Source: Azolla caroliniana
Taxonomy: Eukaryota; Plantae; Polypodiophyta
Direction: 5' to 3'
DNA length: 64,000 nt
NCBI GenBank assembly: GCA_043228905.1
Contig: JBHGNT010000010.1
Location: forward strand, 5,208,001 to 5,272,000
Numbering within the stretch: the first letter of the stretch is position 1; each line of letters begins with the position of its first letter. Shown one piece after another: positions 1 to 14,340 of this stretch. The notes beneath the pieces were generated by a model. It saw only the letters and a program-made list of their open reading frames with translations. It had not been told where the DNA came from and did not search any database. A program made the translations under genes and the position numbers.

Positions 1-221
1 CAGATGACATAAGCTCTCTGTGATGGATGAAGTTGAGATGCTTGTGAGAGTTGTACTGTAAAGTCAATTAGTTTCCTCATTAAACCTGTGACTGAGAATG
101 GGTGCCTTCAAACCCAACAATCAAACTGTACTTCCTTTATATCACTTACGATATCTACCCAATGAGCCATAATCTTTCATTATTCAATAAAAATAAGAAA
201 AAATTTCAATAAGAATATAAC

Positions 222-3200
222 CTGAGCAGGAAATAAGATCTCAAGCAACCCAAACCTCCAAAGCAAACGAACAGATGGTTCTGACGCACCATAACTCATC
301 AAGTTATTCATTTCCAGTCTTAGCCTTTCCTAATGAAGCAATGAGTTTTCACAATATGTTTGCACAGTCAAGGAATTCAAAACTGTTTTGTAAAAGTTTA
401 CCTGATTAAGATTATTTATAGAACCTGAGTGGAGTTGTATGGCTTGAGCAGTTTCCCGTGAAAACTTGAAACCAAGTCTCGCAGCAATACGCAAAGCGCG
501 TAAAATACGGGCTGTCCAGACCAGAAAATTCTCAACATACAAAGCTTAACACATAATAATGCAGACAGAAAGATAGTTCTGTTTCATGACAAAAAATTAC
601 CTGAGTCTTCTGCAAAAGATATAGTTGCAGGTGTAACAGTTCGGACCTATTTTTCAAAAACAAGAAGATGAAGAAAACTATTGAAATACCATTTCCTGAA
701 ATCTCACATACTCCCCTTTCGTAAAGTTTAATATACGTTATTCGGAATAAGAAGCTTCTCTCTGGATTCTGTAGTCCTGGAAATTATATATTTGAGTCCT
801 GGGAAGCAGTAATAGGCCGAGATGATAGATTTTACAAATCACTAGGGTATAGATCCAGTATCTCTTAATTATATGTATTAGTTGTGATTAGCATGGAAGA
901 ACCAGATTTGATGGATTATGAGAATGGAGTCCAAAAGTTTCTGTTTTATTACTTGAAACTGTTGCTAGGAAATTTAACAATGTTCCACAAATTTGGAGAA
1001 AATTCCATGGGTCTAGTACAATGTGAGCTAGAATGTCACCTCAACTTATGTGGATAGAAATATATGTGCTCTTTTTCTTTATGAATAATGATGGTACAAA
1101 TTCAGTGTCTCTTATTCATATATGTCACTAGCACAGAAGAACCAGATTCTGTAGAATATGGGAATAATGGAGTTCAGATCCTCAGTTTTATTATTTGAAA
1201 TTGTTGCTAGTAAATCAGATAAAAATGTTCCACAAATTTAGAGAAAATTCCCAGGGTCTATTATCTGTAAGTTCATTTATCAAAATCAAACACAAGGCTT
1301 TCTGTGCATGATGTGGAGAGTGACAATTCCAGAATTAATCTCTCCTTTCTAGACACACTCTATCTCTAGATTCACTTTATTCTGGCATTTATTTCATCTG
1401 ATTTTCTGTCCACTACTCCACTAGTTTAATTCAGTATGCTTGTAGGTATATATTATTTAGTTTTATTACTGCTGCTTCCAGTCTCTTTGGTACCTTAGTA
1501 CTGTTCATAACAGTTTTCTAATATCCCAGCCTTATCAATGATGTTCGAGTATTTGTGATGTTAATTTCTTAAGCAAAGCTGACTCGCATGTCAATCTGTT
1601 CATTTTTTGTGCACAACTCTATAAATATTCCTTGCACTCTCGTAGTATTCAGATTGTTGCATAAACATGATGCTTTCTAATGCTTGGAAATTGTTTGTTA
1701 CGTAATCCACAGATCTTTGTTTGGTGAATGTCTCTTCCATGTGCCTATATTACCCCTTCTAGCCTTGATAGTGCCCACATGCTATCCTCTCCAAAAGATT
1801 TTTACCTGCCTTACCTTGAACATGAGCAGCAGATTTTCCAGAGAGTATAACATCTCTTGCCAGACATTTGATGACACCTGGATCAAATCACACTGACGCT
1901 GGACTGGAAAATGGACATGCTTAATTGGACAATGGACATGACATCACCATTGTCAAAAAACTGCAGCATTATGGCAGTATTCCAGAATATTTCAAAAGAA
2001 AAAGAGCTCTGTGACCCAGACAAATGCGTGTATCTTCACTTGCAGAAGGTGTTACATTCTATGACAAAGGTGTAATCTCAGAAGTTTTAACAATTAGAAA
2101 GAATGAAAGAATGAAAGATATATTAACGCCTTCTAAGAGGCCAAAACGGCCTATAAGAGCAAACAAGAGATTACATCTTAAGTGTTTTCTCGTCTTCAAG
2201 AACAACAAATCAAAATAAAATAAATATTACTCAATAAATATACAAGTAAATAAGATAAAAAGAGACGAGGGAATCTGGTTTTCGGCACATGTGAGATTAA
2301 CAAGTTAGATATAGTGTAACTTCAAAAGATCTCTAGCATAGGTCGATCCAGAATGGGGAGATCTCCGAAGCGAGGGAAGCACCTACGATGGCAGGAGATA
2401 ATGGCCTTTATCTGTTGATGACAAGGGTGTTGAGGCCATGGTCCATGGGGCCGGGGCCTACATGCACGACAAATTGCTATTGCCCAATCTATTGTAACCC
2501 CTTTGTTATGTCCTGATCGGGAGCCCATTTGTGTATCCCTTGATTGACTTGTAGCATTAGTGGGAGTGATGGGGCAAAAGAACGTTGTGATTGTTCTTTG
2601 TGGATGAGCTTGTGTGGCTGTATTATTGTCCTTCAACAACTTTTACCTATGTCTCTTGAGTTCTAGCAAGAAAAGTCGTAGGCACCGTTGGTCCTCATAT
2701 TCCATTACCTTGTGCCACAGGCCAAAGCCTTGTTTAAAGAGGCAATGGTATCTCTCTCTGATTTCATAAAAGACACTACAATGACAAACACAGTGTTCTT
2801 CGGATTCCACTCCTTAATGACACAATTGGCAAATTCTTTCTTCTAGACATATTTGTGTATATTTGCCTACCTCAATCTCCAGCTGATGAGATGAAGTTCG
2901 CAGCTGCCCTATCACACTACGTAGAGAATAGGATAGATGTATATCCATATAAAGTGCCTAATGATGAACCCATCTTCCAATGTGTGTAAAAACCATGTCT
3001 TGTAGTGGGCCATCTTCGTACCAAGTGATATTTCGGAGCTGATCCATGTTATCTTGTTTTCCAAGTTAATAATATCACTTTGGATCGCTTTATTCTTTTC
3101 CACTTTGGTCATATTTAGATGGGGAGAGTCCAAGCTATATTGGAGCGGGGGTGGTGCATTTATATTTGTGCCATGTAACTCGAACAATTGCTGCATTTCA

Positions 3201-6200
3201 GCATACCAACAATGAGTGTCTCCATTTTCAGCCAGTTGTCTTGACATAAGTCCCAACCTTGGGTGCCTTCGTTTAGGGAGCTCCCAGAGATGTTGGATAC
3301 ATGTGATTGATCGGAACAATGCCTCAGTGATTATAGGTGCTTCTCCCATCTATGCCAGGATTATATCATGGGGCACCACCGATGCTTTGCTCCTTATCAT
3401 ACGAGCAATCAAGGTCTCTAAATCTTTCTAATAATTTGCCTTATTAAGACTCGGTCCCACGTTTCTACTCTATAGAAAGGAGTTGGTGTGACAAGTGTAT
3501 CAAATAACCACAACTTCGTTCGTGACTCTTGGAACTGCAAATATGCACATTGTCTCTCGAGAGCACACGGGGCTGCATATCCACGAGAAAGTCGGGCACA
3601 AGCAGCCTCCCGTAATGACAACCTAGGCCCTGTAAATGTTACTCTTGGGTATGTGTAGGAGTGTGTGTATTCCATCTTTTCCTCTCCCAAGAAGAATTCC
3701 GATTCTGATCTTGTTACCCATGCTTGAGTGGTGCTAAACACCATGACTTTAGTTTTATCAATGTTTATTGACAAACCTTTGTCGGTACAAAATAGTTTTA
3801 AGGCGTTTCGATGTCTTTGTAGTCCCTCTGGAGAGTCAGAAATCAACACAATATCATCAGCATATAGTAATATTTGTATAGCTACACCTACTAGACATGC
3901 TCCCGAACCCCTGAATCTCTCTATATAATGTGATACCTCATCTATATAGAGACCGAAGAGAGTTGGTGATAGTGGGCATCCTTGCTTCAATCCGATTGTG
4001 CTCGCTACCACCTCTGGCAACCCCTTGGATGACCACACTTTTCCTAACACGGATTCATAGAGTGCATAGACTCCCCATTGCATATCTGTAGGAACACCAA
4101 GGGCTTCTAGCCGTTGCATAACCCGAGCAGGTTGCACAATGTCAAAGGATTTTGGAAATCCACAAAACAGCAATAAATCCTCTTATTATATGCTGTTCCC
4201 TCCTCGAAAAGGGCCCGGAGGATCAATATGTGATCCAAAGTTGTGAACCCCTTCCGAAAGCTTGCCTGTCCAGCTGAACGGCAGCCATTCTGATCTGCCC
4301 ATATACTCAATTCTGATTCTAGAATCGAGCCATATAGTTTAGCCAAGTAGTGGCCAATATGATTGTCCTATAGTTGCTTAGCATTGTGAGGTTTCCACTC
4401 TTGAGGATTGGTACAATGGTATGCTGAGTCCATCTAGTAGGGAAACCTTCCAAAGTGAACTCCAAGCAATGCATGACATCTAAATTTTTTACCAAAAAGC
4501 AATCAACCATAGATAATATCCAAGTAAATCTTCTGGGTTCAGGTTCATAGTTTCAGCAGCCCAACTCAAGACCACCTCTACTTCTAGCCCTTGTATTACA
4601 GATAGTCTTTCTAGTGTGATGTTCATTATGTCTTTCTTTGAGTTGGTATCATTCAAGGAAAGGAGGCATCAAAGGAAAAAAAATCTATAGCCGCAGCCTT
4701 CATGTTTGGCCTGCAGAGCAACATAAGATAAGAAAGGAATGAACTACATTATTGTTGGGCTAAATAATAAGAACCCGGATAGTCTTAAAATCTAATTCTG
4801 CACTATTTCCAATTACTTGCAAATGCATTATTAGAAAGATTATACAGCAATGAAAATTACGTTGACAAACTTTCAGAAGAAAGAAGCTTAATTCCAAGGT
4901 TGTAACAAAATGTGCCCAAGACTGCCCAAATCATACCAAATGTGTAATTTTTCTGCAATTTCAATCTAGAATGCCTGGGAAATGTATTTCAACACATCAA
5001 TGTTGCCATTTATTTCCATGCATTATGTTGATGGAGTCCTGCTATTTAATGCCATATAGAGGTACATATAAATATGAAGGTTTATTGGTTGAAAGCTTTG
5101 TTAGATATCTACGTTAACTACTACATAAATTATTTCAAAGACTAACATGGAATGGAGGTTTCCCATGAAAATATTGCTTCATGGGAAATTTACAGTACAA
5201 TGTCTACTTAGCTTGTGATCACCAATGTTGACTTTCAATGTCCAAAAGTCAACCAAGCCCTTTCTTTTAGTTCACATGTGGTTAAAACTATCAAGTTATC
5301 ATGTTCTATAATGATGTGGTGTTAACGAAGTCTTTACTTGCCACCATATGTGTTCTACCAAATTACCACACAGTAGATCGGTCTTGAAAAGAGAACAGAG
5401 ATCATTTATGAAACTAAAGTAGAAACAATAACGATATTAAATATAACCAGAACAGATACGAGAATAACCTTCTTCTTCATTAGATCTTCCACACCACCCA
5501 AGTAATCATACAAGGTTTTCTCGAAAGGATTATATAATAAACTGCACACAAAAATAAAGTCACGATGTAAATTTTCATTTTTATAAACTATGCACAAAAT
5601 AAAGTCACAATGTCAACTTCGATTTTGATTTGTAAATAGAAAATATCATGGAAAAACAGAAATAGATTTTACCCATTGATTGTAAAATCACGTCTCATAC
5701 TGTTCTCCCACCGAGCACGATGTCTCCGAAATGATGTACTTGACTTCTTTATCTCCCCAAAATCTGGGTCACCAATAGGTAAAGGAACCTTGCCTTTTCC
5801 AGGAATATTCGCTACTGTACTAAAACTTGAAACCTGTCATTCCGATTTATTAAAAAAAAACATAAATTTTAGAAAAATTAACCAAAAGCTTAAAGCTTCA
5901 AAACTTTGCATGCAGAAAGTAAATATTACAGAAGACAATCTCAATACAATTGCACACGATGAATGCTTTTGATACCTTCCATGCCACCAATATCTATTTC
6001 ACATAAATTTAGTAGCCTCCTTATGTAGGAATCCTTAGAAAACATGCTATACTGAGAATACTTTAGAAAACATAAATCTTCCTTATGTAGGAATCGTTTT
6101 GCATTATACTGCAATATTATAATTCGGCATAAGGTGAAGTAAAAAGGAATTAGAGATATGACTAAAAAGGACAAACTCAAAGGGGGAAAAAGAAATATCC

Positions 6201-9200
6201 CAACATATGGATAAGGTTTAGAAACGTTTTATTAAAGAAAATCAAACTGAAAACAGTTGAATCAACACAGAAATTTAAAATTTTCAAATACAATATAAAT
6301 ATTGAATATGTGGATTCAATTAGTTTTGCAACATTGAAAGGTTTGATCAATTTAAAATATACAAAATGGAGTGTATAAGAAACTAACTGAAAAGGTGTTT
6401 CATACAGAACAAAGCTCCAGAAACATCTTTAATGAAAGGCAAGATTGCGATTGTAAAGTAAGAGCAAAAGAAATGGTTGTGGTAATGGAATATGACATTA
6501 AAACAAAAGAAGGACGCAAAAAACTTAAATTAAGTTGAAGTGCTTGAAATAAATCTGATAAGTTCTGGAAGTTTTAGGCATTCGAAACTATTGGAACTTA
6601 TCCAAGTATGAATCCTTGTTTATTGCCTAGGTGTTACAATTTCCCTTCAACGATATAGAAGACAAATGGGATTCTTTTTTTGAAGGACATTTTCATCCTG
6701 AAAATTCCCTACACAACTGTATATTTCCAGGGTGAAAATAGTCACTGGCACAGTGTCCACCTCCATGCTTCCAGCCTTCCAATTTCATTTCTTCACGCTA
6801 TCAAAGTTTCTCGCTTGTATATGAGCAATATCCTAGTTTCCAGAATTTTTCTATTTCAATTCTTTCTCATAAGACATCACTATACAACTTAAAACTTCAG
6901 CATTTCCTAAGTTACAGTTCAATAAGGCGAAAACATTTTACGTATGAACCTGGGATGAAATAAAACAGAAACTTCGACATAGTGCAACAACATTATCATT
7001 ATCAAAGGGAATCATAAGTTAAGTTAGCTTGCTTGTGAGAATAATCTACATAATTAGTATCGTTGTAGATATCCTTGAAAACATGAGTACATCAGGATGT
7101 AAGTTTTGGTGGCATGAATTTACCCTTTGTCAGTTATTGTTTTCAGAACAAAACACAATAAAACATTCTGGGCAAGCTTCAGAAATTTTCCATTATGTTT
7201 CTTAGTTAATATGAATATCACAGAGTTATAAATAATTTCAATACCTCCACAATTTTGTCATTAATATGAACATGGCAAACTGGAAAACGCTTTCCAACAA
7301 TAAATGTGCGAGGGAATGCATGTTTAACCTGTCATAGATAAGAGTTTCAAGTCAACATTAAGGACCTCCATTTGTTTAGTAATTGTCACATCAAATTCTA
7401 GCAAATATATACTTGTTTAAGTTGAGCGGTAGTTATCACATCAAAGTCTTTGGGAACTTGTTTCAGTAGCATGTCTCTCACACTACCTCCAACAAGGTAA
7501 ACTTCATGTCCTGCTTATTCCAATTACAAAATATATTAACATTCAAAGAGGCATTTGTCAATAAGAAATTAAATACACAAGCCTACAATTAATACATAAT
7601 GCATGAATCACCTTGACCCTGAGTTTATAAATGCAGTCAAGATAGTTTCAATAAAAAAATGCAAGAGACAATAGCACACACAATAAATATGGATGAAGTG
7701 CAATATGTTAAACTATAAAGCAATGTATGAAAACATAAAGAAAAAACCAATTGTATTAATGTTTCTGAAAGGGGGCTACATGAACTATATGACAAATCGG
7801 CTTGACAAAATAATTTATGTCAAAAGCATTACAAATAATAACTAGAATAGTTTTTCTTTGAGTACAAGCCAAAATAAATGTACCTACATAAAAAAAAAGT
7901 AAATAAATAAAACATGACTAAGGAATCTCATTATCCCTATTCGGAAGGAAGCCCACACGAAGATGCCAAGAATCTCGGAACAAAGATTAGGGCATCAAAT
8001 ATTCCATTTGCTTCAGCATGGAGGGTGGGAAGAGATGGGTCTAGAGCTAAAGCCCTTATTATCCGTTTCATGGGTACCAACAAGAAAAAAGCTTTCCTAT
8101 CTAAAAGAAAGGCATTCAAGGGTGAGAAAATATACTTAAATGAAGATTTCACTCGAGCTCAAGTGGCACACCACAAAGAAACAATGCCCACAAAGAATGT
8201 GCTACATGCCGCTTAGAGGCGGGAAAGAGAGCATATTATGCATTTGAGAACACATGCAATCATGGAGATATTAAGTGTTAGGTACTCAAGAAATACCTTT
8301 TGAATTTTCAACACTTTGGTGACACCGGTGCTTCTCTATGGGGTAGAAATATGGTGTGGTAGCATCCCTAAATCTACTTGGAAAGATTTTGAAAATGTCC
8401 AAACATATTTTCTTACAAAGTTTCGACAAGTTAAGAAACAAACACCATACACCCTCCTTGAGACTGGATGACTTCCCATTGAGATAATAGCTATGGAAAG
8501 GGTTGTTGAATACATGCTTAATGTTCAAAAAACTCCCTCACATCTACTTCCTAGAATCACTTGGGAAGCAAGCAAAAAGATCCAAATGACGCATAAAGCA
8601 AAATTTTGTGTTCCGGTTGGATGCAAGATATGGAAAAATGGTTTGGTGGATGGGATGCAACACATTTGCTTCATGATGCATCACTAGATTCCTCTGTAAA
8701 TGAGGCCTTTTTGCAACACCAATGTATCATAACATGGGACAATTGTGTAGGCTCATGATTCACACGTTATACAACACATGTGCACCTAATTACCAAACCA
8801 TATTCTTCACGAAATGAGGAAATCGTACACATCAATACATGTTAGAGCCCATCCTGTTGTTTGCCTTTCGAACCATTGCTTTTGTCTGTAAGACTTTAAA
8901 CGGCTTCTTTTCTTTCGGGCCTTACACAAGAAAGAAAGCCGGATCAAGCCAGTTATAGGTGAGGTTTTGCTTTCACACAGCTTAAACAAAGATATTTGAG
9001 TAATCGTCCATTCTTTAAATTAAATAGTCACTTGACAGGTTACTAATTGCAAAAGTAGCTGAATATTTGCTTCATTATACATTACTGCCAACCGAATAGT
9101 TTCGTTGTATGCATTTGTATCATAATTCCAGGGTCAATTGGAAAAATTGGGCAATGTACCATAGAATGAGAAAGACATTGATATTCTAACATCTACTTTC

Positions 9201-12200
9201 TTTATATAACAATGTAGAGATTGGTCCCATCCAAATATTTAAAGTGTACAGAAAATCGATGGTGTTTTGACAATGCACTATTTAGTAATGAATAATACTA
9301 TTTCCAAGTATCAGTCGAAATCGAATTCCAATTCTAATTTCTCGAGTAGTCGGATCGATTATGATCCTTCCCCACAAGAAAAGATTGGATGTTTTGGCAT
9401 ACCTACCTCAATTCTGTCAAAACGATCTATTGAGTTACAAGATCCGTAGGTTAGATCCTACAAAGAAGAGAACTCTTTTCGCCCTTGAAAGAAATCTTCT
9501 ATTTTAAGCAACGACGAGACGGAGAGGCGTTCTAGGTATGCCATGTCATGACATAGCATTCACACTAGCGAATACAACCAACAGCTAGATGATTGGGGTA
9601 AAGAGTCCCGTTAGATGCTTTTTTGGTTTCGTTCGATTCAATAATAGTAAAAGGTCAGCTTTCAAAATAATTAATATCGGAAGCTTAGATCAATGCATTG
9701 CAATGTGAGACAAGCTATTGGGGCACAAGTGATGAGAGTGGTTGACTATGCACACTTTGCCCTAAACAAGTTTGAGAGTCTGAGTATCACATTTTGATAC
9801 AATGCTCTCTGTCTTTGATCATATTCGACCATGCTTTCCACACATCTTTGACCGAGCCCAATCCTTGCACGAATTTCTCTCACAATCACAATGTGCACTC
9901 TCCATTGCAACAGTCATTGGTAAAGTTCTTGAACATCGAGAGTCGCTACTCACTTTCACATGTATTATGCGAAATGTAATATTTTTGGATTCATATGTCA
10001 TATTTGACCTCCGAAGACGATAATAGAATTTATCTATCTATATCTACCCTTGGACCCATCACTTCATGACAACATCCCCTATTAGTATTATATCTTGAAT
10101 ACTAGCAAAACTTAAGATATCTTCGAAGGATGGTAAATATGATGATTCTCCAAGAGAGACCATCATAGAATCCGTATGTGGAAAGTAGCAAATAACTCTC
10201 TTCAAACACTCCTTTGGATTTGTATCACTTATAGCATGCATCTATATTCTTATGCACGACACAAACTCTACCATGGAGCTCCTATTTGCACAACATAACT
10301 ACTCTTTGATACAAGGGGATAGGGTTAGTTTATATAGGATATATATGCAAGTATACGACAAGCGGCCTACTTGGTAGGTTCTGGGACGTGGTTCTCCAAT
10401 TATGCTATCCTCGCGGAGATGATGACATTAAGATCCAACTCGTAATGATAGGGGGAGTGAGTGAGATACCTAAAATATTCACACTTTATTAATGCAAAGA
10501 CATCTTTCATTCAATAAGCTAGTGCTACACTTCAACACGCAGATGTACCAAGGAATGTGTGGTTAAGCTTGTTATCTAAATAGCCATGCCATCTATAACT
10601 TCCAAATTTTATTGCCTTATAGGGCTTTCGTAGGGTTTCTAGTAATAAAATCTTCAACAGAGCACACAATTTTGTTTTCTACTTTTCTAACCATCAATGC
10701 ATTCTTGTTGCATTTTGAAATGAAATGAAATGAAATTTCTCATTAACATATTCAAAATAATCCAACAAACTTTGCTTCTTGCAACTTGAAACAAGGACTA
10801 TTAAAATAGAAATAAAAAAAGAAATCGGGCATATGATAAATAAAAGAAATATCTTATTGTATATCCATTAGAAGAAAAGATGGTGGAAGCCCAATAATTG
10901 TACTTATTTGTGAGGAGGTGGACACGGAGATGTACAAAAGTATGTGTAGGGAGTCACAAAGGAAATAATATCCAAACATCAATATCCTGCATTTTAAGGT
11001 GTTTCTTGAGTATGATTGGTGACATTCGACTACTAATATAACTAGGTCGGCTGTAAGCCTTGTCAAATCCATGCAGATTGGACAGGGGCAAATATCAAAA
11101 CCACTAAAAGTACTATCTTCAATTTTAATTCCACTTTCATATAGTGGATCAATAAGAGGCAAACCACATTTGCACTATTGAACTATTTGGTTCCATAGAC
11201 TCCTTGAATAGTTGCAGTCTCCTCAATAAATTTTATTCTAATGAGCTCATCAACTAGCAAGTATATGTTGCAAGTGCTAACCGGATAATGAAACTCTCTT
11301 ATCTCTATGTGTGGTTGGTCGATGACAGGTTAGGAACCTAAGCTATGGCAACATACCATCATGATGGTTGAATATATACACACTACATAAGAATTCATGA
11401 CCTCAATTTACACCTATTTTCCGTAATTAAAATAGTTTGTGTTTAGATTGTGCCTTCAAGTTTTGGTGGATGTTTTAGAAGGGGAGGTATTGTTGAACTT
11501 GAGTATACATCAAAAAATTTAATCCCAATGCAAGTCTTCCTCTTCATCCTTTTGTATTGGCCTCAATTTTTAAAAACTACCTTTGTCTTGCAGCCTTTCG
11601 AGCACTTTCCATGCATAAGCTGGAATTGATTTGTCTGCGATTCCATGTTCTCCTTCCTTCAGCACCTTCCACCGGGACATGTTACGAGATACTACATACA
11701 GCAGCAAAAACCAAATTAGTTGAGACTAGAGACCCGTGAGAAGCTATGTCATGCATTTCTGATTCATTTCTAGTTCTCTTCCCAAGATTAAATTACCACC
11801 TGTAACATATTGACTCTCCACTTCCAATCACAACATACATAAATATACCTACATGTACAAATGGATGGACATCAATATACATACATGCATATACATCTAA
11901 TTGTGTGAATACAAACGACGCGTTTGAGTTCACAGACATATCAGACCCACACATATATCACTCTTACACGTCCAATAAGCATATATACGTACATAACACA
12001 TGTGTACCAATGCAGATGTATGTGCACATAGAAATTTACGAGTGGAGATTCCAAATGTGATGCATTTGGATGCACACATAACGATGGATTACCTCCAGAT
12101 GGCGAATACAAGGGCATATGCTAGCAAATTTAATATACTCTACAAATACACAAGGTGTTGTATTTTTCCAAACATTAGTCATGTCACATGAAATCATACA

Positions 12201-13870
12201 GAAGTGGTATCTCAAATCCCCTATGAAGCTCAAGTATAATTTGCAATACAAGAATGACCAAAGCTCGAGCCAAGTGCAAGAACCTTACTTTGCTTACCTT
12301 CCCCCAAAGAGAAGTTCCATCTAAGTAGTGGTGGAGTCAATGCCCAAAGCTTTATGTCGCACATACTAAAATATTCATGATATTGCATCACATGAAGACA
12401 AGTATGACTGTAGTTTACAATGTATAAATAATAAAAAATAATGCAAATCACTCAAAGTTTCAATGAAATGAATGAATCATACTTTTTGTTGGTTTATGAG
12501 TGAACAATACTTCTATTCTTCAGTAAATATATGGATTAGAAAGAACTTTTACATAAATTCAAGTTCACAGACCTCTATAATAATTAAATAAAATTCTGTA
12601 CCAAGAAAATGGCAAGTTGTGTAGGTACCTTCTCGAGTAGAATATTGTAAGATCGATGCTGTAGAATGAAGCAACTCTTTTGTAGCCTTCGCTTCAGTAG
12701 ACTGGCACAGCTCTAGTTCTGGACTGTAGAGATCCACACAAATTGATGTTGCCACCTGATCAGTGAATACATCCGTTTCAATTTTGTTAATTTTAATCTT
12801 CCTTCAATGCAGCATTGGTGAAAGAATTATGGACAGAAAGCACTGTTTTATTTCTTCCTTTCTCCTTACAAAAATGTATGCAAAATGTCGACGGTCAGAT
12901 GATGACCATCACCATACCTTATTTTGTTCCTATTGCTTAAAACAACATAGTGTTTATTAGAATCAGGGTTCCATGACAATTGCACAATGCAGGAAACTGT
13001 ATTAAATATCTCTATTTCAAAAATAAAAGTATTCAAGCCCCTCGTTAACTGAAATAGTGAAGGAAGTAAGAAAATTAACATCCGCACAGTGTGCAATGTG
13101 CATTATCTAGCATCATCATACCATGATCATGTATGATCAGATGAAATCAATGCGCGCAAGATCTGGCATAACAGTAAGCTTTCCATACTCACTTAAAGGT
13201 AGTGACTAACACTAGTGATTGTAGTAAGGTTTCCATACTCACTTAAAAGTAGTGAATAACACAAGTCCTTGCGTCAACTGCTTTTGTCTATCATAACCAT
13301 AACCTCTAAGCTCCCTCATTCGTTTAACATTCCTATTTTCATCATGCTTGGTTCTAATGTGGGTTATGAAAGGTGTTCCTAACTATCATGGATTGATAAG
13401 CAGTTCATTGCTAATGTCTCGAATCTTAAGGTGTAGCATACCATCATCACATGCGACTAGTTCAAGTCCTTCTATACTGACACTTTGTTCTAACTCACCA
13501 CCAAGTGGTGCTAACATACTATGGGTTGTGAATACATGAGATTGATAATGTCACAAAGGTGTTTATTCCTCACCTAAAAATAGGAGAACAATTGTTGGAA
13601 ATATGGAAACCACCATCATAATGTGAGCGGTGTAAATAAAATAAGGATGTCCGACTATGCAGTATGCATACATGTACGCATGTGTGTATGTGTGAGCATG
13701 TGTATGTATGTGACAAAAAGGTTGTTTCTATGTTCAGAATGCAGAATTCAGTAGAAGTAAGAGCTAACCTTGTTAGAGCTAACGACGGTGTGAAGGGAAG
13801 CTGCAGAAGATTGGAGAAGGCCACCGCAACTGAATCCAACTCTCTGTACATTGAGGGACCATCCAACCAT
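222..13870 (-). CDS. Bacterial-type poly(A) polymerase / polynucleotide adenylyltransferase family protein (class II nucleotidyltransferase), multi-exon, 3' end continues beyond the window start
   Basis: Phase-compatible GT-AG exons read by hand: 13870-13769 ([12 protein letters not shown]), 12755-12629, 11691-11581 ([33 protein letters not shown]), 7510-7413 ([28 protein letters not shown], motif A with catalytic DxD), 7328-7245 ([13 protein letters not shown], eubacterial PAP signature), 5833-5673 (..[11 protein letters not shown], motif B), 5541-5469 ([20 protein letters not shown]), 646-601 ([15 protein letters not shown]), 511-402 ([15 protein letters not shown]), 329-222 ([36 protein letters not shown]). 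The first two exons are less certain. Confidence 0.92.
856..1262. repeat. Diverged tandem duplication (~160-bp unit, ~245 bp apart) in a PAP intron
   Basis: GAAGAACCAGATT...TGTTGCTAG...AATGTTCCACAAATTT.GAGAAAATTCC..GGGTCTA occurs at ~856-1017 and ~1103-1260. Confidence 0.7.
2097..4510 (-). mobile_element. 5'-truncated, frameshifted LINE (non-LTR retrotransposon; RTE/RTE-X-like 3' architecture) in a PAP intron
   Basis: RT motifs [33 protein letters not shown] and LLYADDIVL in ORFs 3418-4510. C-terminal [14 protein letters not shown] finger near 2760-2830. The 3' end has a short tandem tail (TCATTCTT repeats, 2097-2118). Confidence 0.88.
7940..10040 (+). mobile_element. Degraded LINE: ORF1-like fragment joined to the post-RT part of ORF2, interrupted by an ~800-bp unrelated insert
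   Basis: 7914-8216 reads [22 protein letters not shown] (LINE ORF1-like). 8220-8885 reads [31 protein letters not shown]. The element resumes at ~9690 with [35 protein letters not shown] (C-terminal zinc finger). Confidence 0.75.
13174..13266. repeat. Tandem duplication, ~50-bp unit, in PAP intron 1
   Basis: GTAAG.TTTCCATACTCACTTAAA.GTAGTGA.TAACAC.AGT occurs twice. Confidence 0.75.
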
Positions 13871-14043
13871 GGTAATGTTTTGTTTTTTGTTTTTGGGGGG
13901 CTTGTTTTCGTTGCTTTTTTGTTGCTGCCACTTCTGTGTGATCTTCAGAAGAGGGGCGGAGCGAGCACAGAGGAAACAGGGGAGGCGGAGAGACAGAGCC
14001 AAATGTTATCTACATGCCATAACACAAAAACATGCTTCAAAGT

Positions 14044-14340
14044 CATAGTATGAACCATACGTACCATACGTGCATTTTATCATTCGCGAATGTTTGAATC
14101 CTTCGAGTATGGTCAACACCCTCGAAGTATGGTAAATACCATACTTTTGTATTCATTCTTTTTTTTATTATAAAAGGCAAAAAAAAAAAAAAAAAAAAAA
14201 AAAGATTTAAGGTAAGAAAGTTAAGGTCTAAAGTGTATTAAAAAAAACATAAGAATGTTTTCATAACGTACGCATTCGTTTTTCATTCGTATGAAAAAAA
14301 AAATGTTTGCCAATGCATTTGAGTATATTACGTTAGTATG
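14044..14340. mobile_element. Candidate degenerate MITE just upstream of the PAP gene
   Basis: Ends CATAGTA.../...TAGTATG, internal CATACG/CGTATG/CATTCG motifs, AT-rich core with poly(A), imperfect flanks CTTCAAAGT / GTTCTAAGT. Confidence 0.35.

Noticed and set aside
1-55. Next PAP exon (AG at 56-57; YNSHKHLNFIHHRELMSS)
   Set aside because: Open and phase-compatible, but it has no recognisable similarity to PAP family sequence and is truncated by the window edge.
10854-11210. Cys-rich ORF ([15 protein letters not shown]), RING-like
   Set aside because: Incomplete ligand pattern and nearby stops. Probably a decayed TE fragment in the intron.
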